The notes beneath the pieces were generated by a model. The model searched no databases. It was not told where the DNA came from and was given only the letters and a program-made list of their open reading frames with translations. From Prevotellaceae bacterium UBA4372 (GTDB taxonomy: Bacteria > Bacteroidota > Bacteroidia > Bacteroidales > Bacteroidaceae): a stretch of DNA of 64,000 nucleotides. Positions 59,427 to 64,000 of the stretch are shown here, in pieces (the stretch's first letter is position 1; the number at the start of each line of letters is the position of its first letter). Where the stretch lies: assembly GCA_002391275.1 (NCBI GenBank), contig DGSC01000003.1, positions 23,338 to 87,337 on the forward strand. Reading direction: 5' to 3'. The translations under genes and the position numbers were made by a program.

Positions 59427-60632
59427 ATGAATGCAAACAACATAACTACCTACAAGCCTGCTGCTGAAACCATCAAGCAGGCTATTCTTCAAGGCCAATA
59501 TGAGGCTGCAAAGGGCGTTAACCGAATCCAGTTAGCCGTATATTTTGCTATCGGCAAATATATTTCTCTGAATACCCGTAAAGGTAAATGGGGAACCAGT
59601 GCATTGGAGTCCATCAGCCAGATACTGCGTAAGGAGTTGCCTGGGTTGAGAGGGTTCTCGGCAACAAACATGAAAAATATGCGTACTTTTTACGAAGCGT
59701 GGATTATATTAAATCCCAATTCGTCAGCCACGGCTGACGAATTACAACAAATTGATACTGTAGAGATTAGTAATTCGTCAGCCATGACTGACGAATTAGA
59801 CTCTAAGGAATCTGCAGTTGATATCAACGATTTTCAACGCACCCATATTGACATTTATACGGCTATCCAAATACCAGAAATAAAAAACTTCCCTATTGAT
59901 GACTTTTTCAGAGTTCCATTCACTCATCATCTCATGATTATTGAGAGAGAAAAAACACTTGAAGGGAGATATTATTACATCCATCGTACTGCAGAAGAGA
60001 ATCTTCAGAAAAGAACGCTTGAAAAGCTCATCAAAGAGGATGCCTATGGTCATCGCGATGCGATGCCAAGCAACTTTTCACAAAACATTCCCGATGCAAC
60101 ACTGGCTCGCAAAGCCGTGATGATGTTCAAGGACTCCTATCTGCTGGACTTCATCAACGTAGAGCAGATAGGGGAACGAGAAGCTATTGATGTGGATGAA
60201 CGAGAGGTTGAGCAACAGATTGTGCAGAATGTCAAGCAGTTCATCATGACTTTCGGACGTGACTTCACGTTCGTTGGCAACCAATACCACTTGGAAATAT
60301 ACGGAGTGGAACATTTCCCCGATTTGCTGTTCTTCAATCGCGAACTCAATGCCCTTGTGGTCGTTGAATTGAAAACAGGAGAATTTAAGACATCATATTT
60401 AGGCCAACTCATGGGCTACCTCTCCATTCTGGAAGCCAAAGTGAAGAAACCGCATGAGAATCCACCCATCGGCATTGTTCTATGCAAAGAAGCGAATCGG
60501 GAATATGTGGAGTTTGTCATACGGGATTACGCCAAGCCCATGGGCGTTGCTACATATAGGACAACAACCGACATGCCAGAGGAACTGCGGAATACCATGC
60601 CTGACATCGAAGAGCTCAAGAAACTGTTATGA
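59427..60632 (+). CDS. YhcG/DUF1016-family PD-(D/E)XK nuclease embedded in the cas operon
   Basis: 401 aa. N-domain: VNRIQLAVYFAIGKYI...GFSATNMKNMRTFYEAW. Core: FKDSYLLDFINV...FIMTFGRDFTFVGNQYHLEIYGVEHFPDLLFFNRELNALVVVELKTGEFKTSYLGQLMGYL...PPIGIVLC, with the D...ExK triad intact. The ATG is 2 nt after the cas9 stop, and the stop is 7 nt before the cas1 ATG. Confidence 0.85.
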   Translation: MNANNITTYKPAAETIKQAILQGQYEAAKGVNRIQLAVYFAIGKYISLNTRKGKWGTSALESISQILRKELPGLRGFSATNMKNMRTFYEAWIILNPNSSATADELQQIDTVEISNSSAMTDELDSKESAVDINDFQRTHIDIYTAIQIPEIKNFPIDDFFRVPFTHHLMIIEREKTLEGRYYYIHRTAEENLQKRTLEKLIKEDAYGHRDAMPSNFSQNIPDATLARKAVMMFKDSYLLDFINVEQIGEREAIDVDEREVEQQIVQNVKQFIMTFGRDFTFVGNQYHLEIYGVEHFPDLLFFNRELNALVVVELKTGEFKTSYLGQLMGYLSILEAKVKKPHENPPIGIVLCKEANREYVEFVIRDYAKPMGVATYRTTTDMPEELRNTMPDIEELKKLL

Positions 60633-60639
60633 CCTGCCT

Positions 60640-61578
60640 ATGATCAAGAAAACGCTTTGCTTCTCTAACCCTGCTTACCTTAGCCTGCGCAACGGACAAT
60701 TAGTCATCCAGATTCCCGACGTGGAAAAGAATGAAAGCTTGACGCATGAGTTCAAGAAAATGAACGAGCGTACAATCCCGATTGAAGACATTGGCGTGGT
60801 GGTGCTTGACAACAAACGCATCACCATCACTACGGGTGCCATGGAAGCGCTCTTAGAGAACAACGCAGCCCTCATCACCTGCGACAGCCGCAGCATGCCC
60901 GTGGGACTGATGCTGCCACTCTATGGCAACACGCTCCAGAACGAACGCTTTCGTGAACAACTCGATGCCTCTCTGCCTTTACGCAAACAGCTTTGGCAAC
61001 AGACCATCCGACAGAAAATAGCCAACCAAGAGGTTGTGCTGCGTCGTCATACCGAGGCTGAGACACGTTGTATGCAAGTATGGGTGGATGAGGTGCGCAG
61101 CGGCGATGCAGACAACCTCGAAGCAAGAGCCGCGGCTTACTACTGGCGCAACATATTCCCACAGCTTCCTGACTTCGTACGTGGACGCGATGGCGAACCG
61201 CCAAACAACCTCCTAAATTACGGCTATGCTATCTTACGTGCCGTCATAGCCCGTTCTCTTGTAGGAAGTGGATTATTACCTACATTAGGAATCCACCATC
61301 ACAATCGCTACAACGCCTACTGTCTTGCAGATGACATCATGGAGCCTTACAGACCCTATGTGGATGAGCTCGTCATAAAAATTATCCATAAGTATGCCGA
61401 CTATTCCGAACTCACCAAAGAGCTGAAAGCCGAACTACTTGCAATCCCTGTGCTGGACGTAGTCATTGACGGCAAACGCAGCCCACTGATGATAGCTGCA
61501 ACGCAAACCACAGCCTCACTCTATAAATGTTTCAGCGGGGAGTTGCGCAAAGTGAGTTATCCACAAATGGAAGGATAA
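60640..61578 (+). CDS. cas1: Cas1 integrase (type II)
   Basis: The true start is MIKKTLCFSNPAYLSLRNGQLVIQ at 60640; the track ORF from 60454 overlaps the nuclease gene. NLLNYGYAILRAVIARSLVGSGLLPTLGIHHHNRYNAYCLADDIMEPYRPYVD. Confidence 0.95.
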   Translation: MIKKTLCFSNPAYLSLRNGQLVIQIPDVEKNESLTHEFKKMNERTIPIEDIGVVVLDNKRITITTGAMEALLENNAALITCDSRSMPVGLMLPLYGNTLQNERFREQLDASLPLRKQLWQQTIRQKIANQEVVLRRHTEAETRCMQVWVDEVRSGDADNLEARAAAYYWRNIFPQLPDFVRGRDGEPPNNLLNYGYAILRAVIARSLVGSGLLPTLGIHHHNRYNAYCLADDIMEPYRPYVDELVIKIIHKYADYSELTKELKAELLAIPVLDVVIDGKRSPLMIAATQTTASLYKCFSGELRKVSYPQMEG

Positions 61579-61582
61579 AACT

Positions 61583-61930
61583 ATGATTGCCGCAGATGCC
61601 TCACGTTTCAGTCAGTATCGTGTGATGTGGATTCTCGTTTTCTTCGACCTACCAACCGACACTAAGAAGGAACGCAAAGCTGCAGCCAAGTTCCGAAAGG
61701 ACATCATGGGCGACGGCTTCACTATGTTCCAATTCTCCATATATATCCGGCATTGCGCCAGTCGCGAGAACATGGACGTACACATTAAGCGTGTCAAAGC
61801 TGCATTGCCTGAATATGGAAATGTTGGCATATTGGGAATCACGGACAAGCAGTTCGCAGACATTGAACTATTCTATGGCAAGAAAGAGAAAGCACCGTCT
61901 ACTCCAGGACAACAGCTTGAACTCTTCTGA
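61583..61930 (+). CDS. cas2: Cas2 (type II)
   Basis: 115 aa. YRVMWILVFFDLPTDTKKERKAAAKFRKDIMGDGFTMFQFSIYIRHC. Starts 4 nt after the cas1 stop. Confidence 0.93.
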   Translation: MIAADASRFSQYRVMWILVFFDLPTDTKKERKAAAKFRKDIMGDGFTMFQFSIYIRHCASRENMDVHIKRVKAALPEYGNVGILGITDKQFADIELFYGKKEKAPSTPGQQLELF

Positions 61931-61958
61931 CGTACACATCACCTTGACTCTTCTTTGC

Positions 61959-62014
61959 GATAGCGGATTCTGTTTTACTCTGCAGAACCCGCTATCAAAT
62001 CATAAACTTTTTTT
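61959..62014 (+). terminator. Possible cas operon terminator (weak)
   Basis: GATAGCGGATTCTG (61959-61972) pairs with CAGAACCCGCTATC (61983-61996) with one mismatch. The T7 run begins only at 62008, 11 nt after the stem. Confidence 0.35.
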
Positions 62015-62067
62015 GAATCCTAATTTCATCCGTAAATCTTTGACTTATACTATCTTATACACATCGT

Positions 62068-63037
62068 GGTGTTTATGATAGTGCAAAGATGAAGAATTTC
62101 AAGCAATTCACAACTGGTACTCGTAGATGTTACCCCACCACTGCGGTGTTTATGATAGTGCAAAGATGAAGAATTTCAAGCAATTCACAACTTTGTTAAT
62201 TCCTAATATTTTTGCAAAAAAGGTGTTTATGATAGTGCAAAGATGAAGAATTTCAAGCAATTCACAACGGTTGCCATAGCTCGATACGAGGTGACTCGGG
62301 TGTTTATGATAGTGCAAAGATGAAGAATTTCAAGCAATTCACAACCTGCATGGCCTCGCCACGCTCACTCGCCTGGGTGTTTATGATAGTGCAAAGATGA
62401 AGAATTTCAAGCAATTCACAACTATTTTTCTAAGTATTCGTCTTTTGATAAAGGTGTTTATGATAGTGCAAAGATGAAGAATTTCAAGCAATTCACAACT
62501 ATTCAAGGTGAAGGTATACAATTTGAAACGGTGTTTATGATAGTGCAAAGATGAAGAATTTCAAGCAATTCACAACGGCCATTGGATCAACCATCCTTGA
62601 TTATCAGGTGTTTATGATAGTGCAAAGATGAAGAATTTCAAGCAATTCACAACGTGCGACAACTGCGAGGACTATGAGCCGGAGGTGTTTATGATAGTGC
62701 AAAGATGAAGAATTTCAAGCAATTCACAACGGAGGACTGAACTATGGCAAGGAAACTATCGGTGTTTATGATAGTGCAAAGATGAAGAATTTCAAGCAAT
62801 TCACAACTGTACGCGAGCAGACATGATTTTTTTCTTGGTGTTTATGATAGTGCAAAGATGAAGAATTTCAAGCAATTCACAACTGCCATAATGTTAAAAC
62901 AGTTTTTGGTCTTGGTGTTTATGATAGTGCAAAGATGAAGAATTTCAAGCAATTCACAACAACAATGAGTAAAGTCAAGTACAGAGTTCGGGTGTTTATG
63001 ATAGTGCAAAGATGAAGAATTTCAAGCAATTCACAAC
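62068..63037 (-). CRISPR. CRISPR array: 13 identical 47-nt repeats and 12 spacers (eleven of 30 nt, one of 29 nt)
   Basis: Plus-strand repeat is GGTGTTTATGATAGTGCAAAGATGAAGAATTTCAAGCAATTCACAAC. crRNA sense is the minus strand, GTTGTGAATTGCTTGAAATTCTTCATCTTTGCACTATCATAAACACC, as shown by tracrRNA complementarity. Repeats start at 62068 plus 77n through repeat 10 (62761). After the 29-nt spacer 10, repeats 11-13 start at 62837, 62914 and 62991. Confidence 0.98.
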
Positions 63038-63075
63038 AGTATGTCAAAGATCTCAATATGCCTTTAATGACTTCG

Positions 63076-63083
63076 CAAAGGTA
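63076..63083 (-). promoter_or_regulatory. Candidate leader promoter (-7 box) of the CRISPR array
   Basis: Plus-strand CAAAGGTA equals minus-strand TACCTTTG. It ends 38 nt upstream of the first transcribed repeat, in an AT-rich leader. The context GCAAAGGTA.ATA is the same as at the tracrRNA promoter. Confidence 0.5.
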
Positions 63084-63254
63084 AATAAAAATATTGAAAG
63101 GTCATGAGAATATAGAAATAAAAGAATAATAGAAATTAGAGAATAATGAGTTCCTTAGCCTATATGAACGCACCAGCAATGCCTGTTTGACATGGTTAAC
63201 GTTAATTTAGATAGGTTTGCCGCTTATATCGATGAAGAACCTTTGGAACCTCAA

Positions 63255-63408
63255 AACCATACAGCAGTATGCATATAGCTGGAATTCCAGGAAACAAAGA
63301 AATACAATCAGTAGTATCAGCCTATACAAACGGAAGCATCAAACAACACAACCTGAAGAATCTGCCTATACAATCGCATGCATCAACCTATACAAACAGA
63401 AGCACTGG
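63255..63408. repeat. About seven degenerate tandem units with a 22-bp period
   Basis: CCTATACAA occurs at 63321, 63365 and 63387 (spacings of 44 and 22). Related units are AATACAATCAGTAGTATCAG at 63301 and CCATACAGCAGTATGCAT at 63258. Confidence 0.6.
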
Positions 63409-63653
63409 TTGTTCAGTCGTGACCGAACAACCCGCATCCTTAAAAGTTTTTTCGCCATTGCATGCTTCCGAGCCCTCTCCTCTACATTCGTTCCTGCACC
63501 ACCTATCAGAAGCATCAAGTCATCCCGCTTCACCCTATGTCCCGAGGTGCTGGAGCTACACACCACCCCTCTGGCACGTTTTATAAATCGCCTCTGGTAT
63601 AATCCCAAGGTCTCGTATGGGCTCTGTCAGAAGCTGTTATAGCATTGCCATTC

Positions 63654-64000
63654 TCATTCTATGCTTTCTATTTCAACGCCATCCAGCCCCGTCATAAAAT
63701 GGAGTATCTGTTCTCCGTATTTGCTACGCGATGTCTTGAGCTCCAATTTCATCGTGTAACGTCGAAAGACTCGGTTGGCGGCTTTAGTTTCCACGGACTC
63801 GCCATCAAAAGTACTGTCTCCGTCAAGAGCTATAGCTGACGGCGATACCGAGCCATCGGGTGACACAACAGGCTGAGGACCAAAGGCTTTCTCGCTGAGC
63901 GAAAAGTTAGCTATAGCCACTCCGTCGTCCTTCAGATGCTGCAAAACAGCCTGTAATGAAGCACGATCGTTGGCACAAAGGGTGACGTCGATATTGCGAT
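63654..64000 (-). CDS. C-terminal part of an unidentified protein (gene continues beyond the window)
   Basis: The minus-strand frame is open from the window edge (...RNIDVTLCANDRASLQAVLQHLKDDGVAIANFSLSEKAFGPQP...) to the stop at 63654. The track lists only the TTG-initiated 96-aa part. Confidence 0.5.
   Translation of the reverse strand, partial: RNIDVTLCANDRASLQAVLQHLKDDGVAIANFSLSEKAFGPQPVVSPDGSVSPSAIALDGDSTFDGESVETKAANRVFRRYTMKLELKTSRSKYGEQILHFMTGLDGVEIESIE

Noticed and set aside
60454-60639. N-terminal 62-aa extension of the cas1 ORF in the track
   Set aside because: It overlaps the 3' end of the nuclease gene in another frame. The canonical Cas1 N-terminus (MIKKTLCFSNPAYLSL) begins at the ATG at 60640.
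54802-63037. Type II-A or II-B assignment, and self-targeting spacers
   Set aside because: No csn2 or cas4 gene is present, and the 47-nt Bacteroidota-type repeat fits II-C. A by-eye comparison of the 12 spacers with this window found no match, but this was not exhaustive and says nothing about the rest of the genome.
63217-63642. 141-aa and 105-aa plus-strand ORFs and an 80-aa minus-strand ORF downstream of the array
   Set aside because: They have non-ATG starts, low-complexity products and overlap the 22-bp-period repeats. I see no protein-like features.

Overview
This window is about 64 kb of a GC-rich Bacteroidota chromosome. T9SS sorting domains, TAnnTTTG promoter boxes, DUF4837/DUF3078 genes and 47-nt CRISPR repeats suggest a Prevotella-like organism. 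I count about 35 real genes. Most are housekeeping (folD, ffh, secG, pdxA, rlmN, engB, yidC) or envelope and glycan functions: a C10 peptidase, a FadL-like porin, a TonB-dependent receptor with a BACON/OB-fold lipoprotein, an MscS channel, GH115, GH109, GH92 and an S9 peptidase. Many long ORFs in the track are antisense shadows of these GC-rich genes. The right end (about 54.4-63.2 kb) is a visibly AT-richer type II-C CRISPR-Cas9 locus. It holds a divergent tracrRNA, a 1540-aa cas9, cas1, cas2 and 13 identical 47-nt repeats with 12 spacers. A YhcG/DUF1016 PD-(D/E)XK nuclease gene is packed between cas9 and cas1 with gaps of only 2 and 7 nt. This nuclease-containing cas operon is my best candidate for an undescribed system. 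Four other structures are not explained by the gene calls. (1) At least six loci carry tandem repeats that all share a 22-bp period and lie downstream of a stop codon, three of them with a hairpin terminator just beyond the repeats. (2) A 170-bp element has perfect 30-bp inverted termini around a loop-less 50-bp palindrome. (3) One roughly 1270-aa ORF fuses GT2, HIT-like (DUF4922) and SpoIID domains. (4) The nuclease gene contains two in-frame palindromes. I recognised no rRNA, tRNA, transposase or integrase genes by eye.
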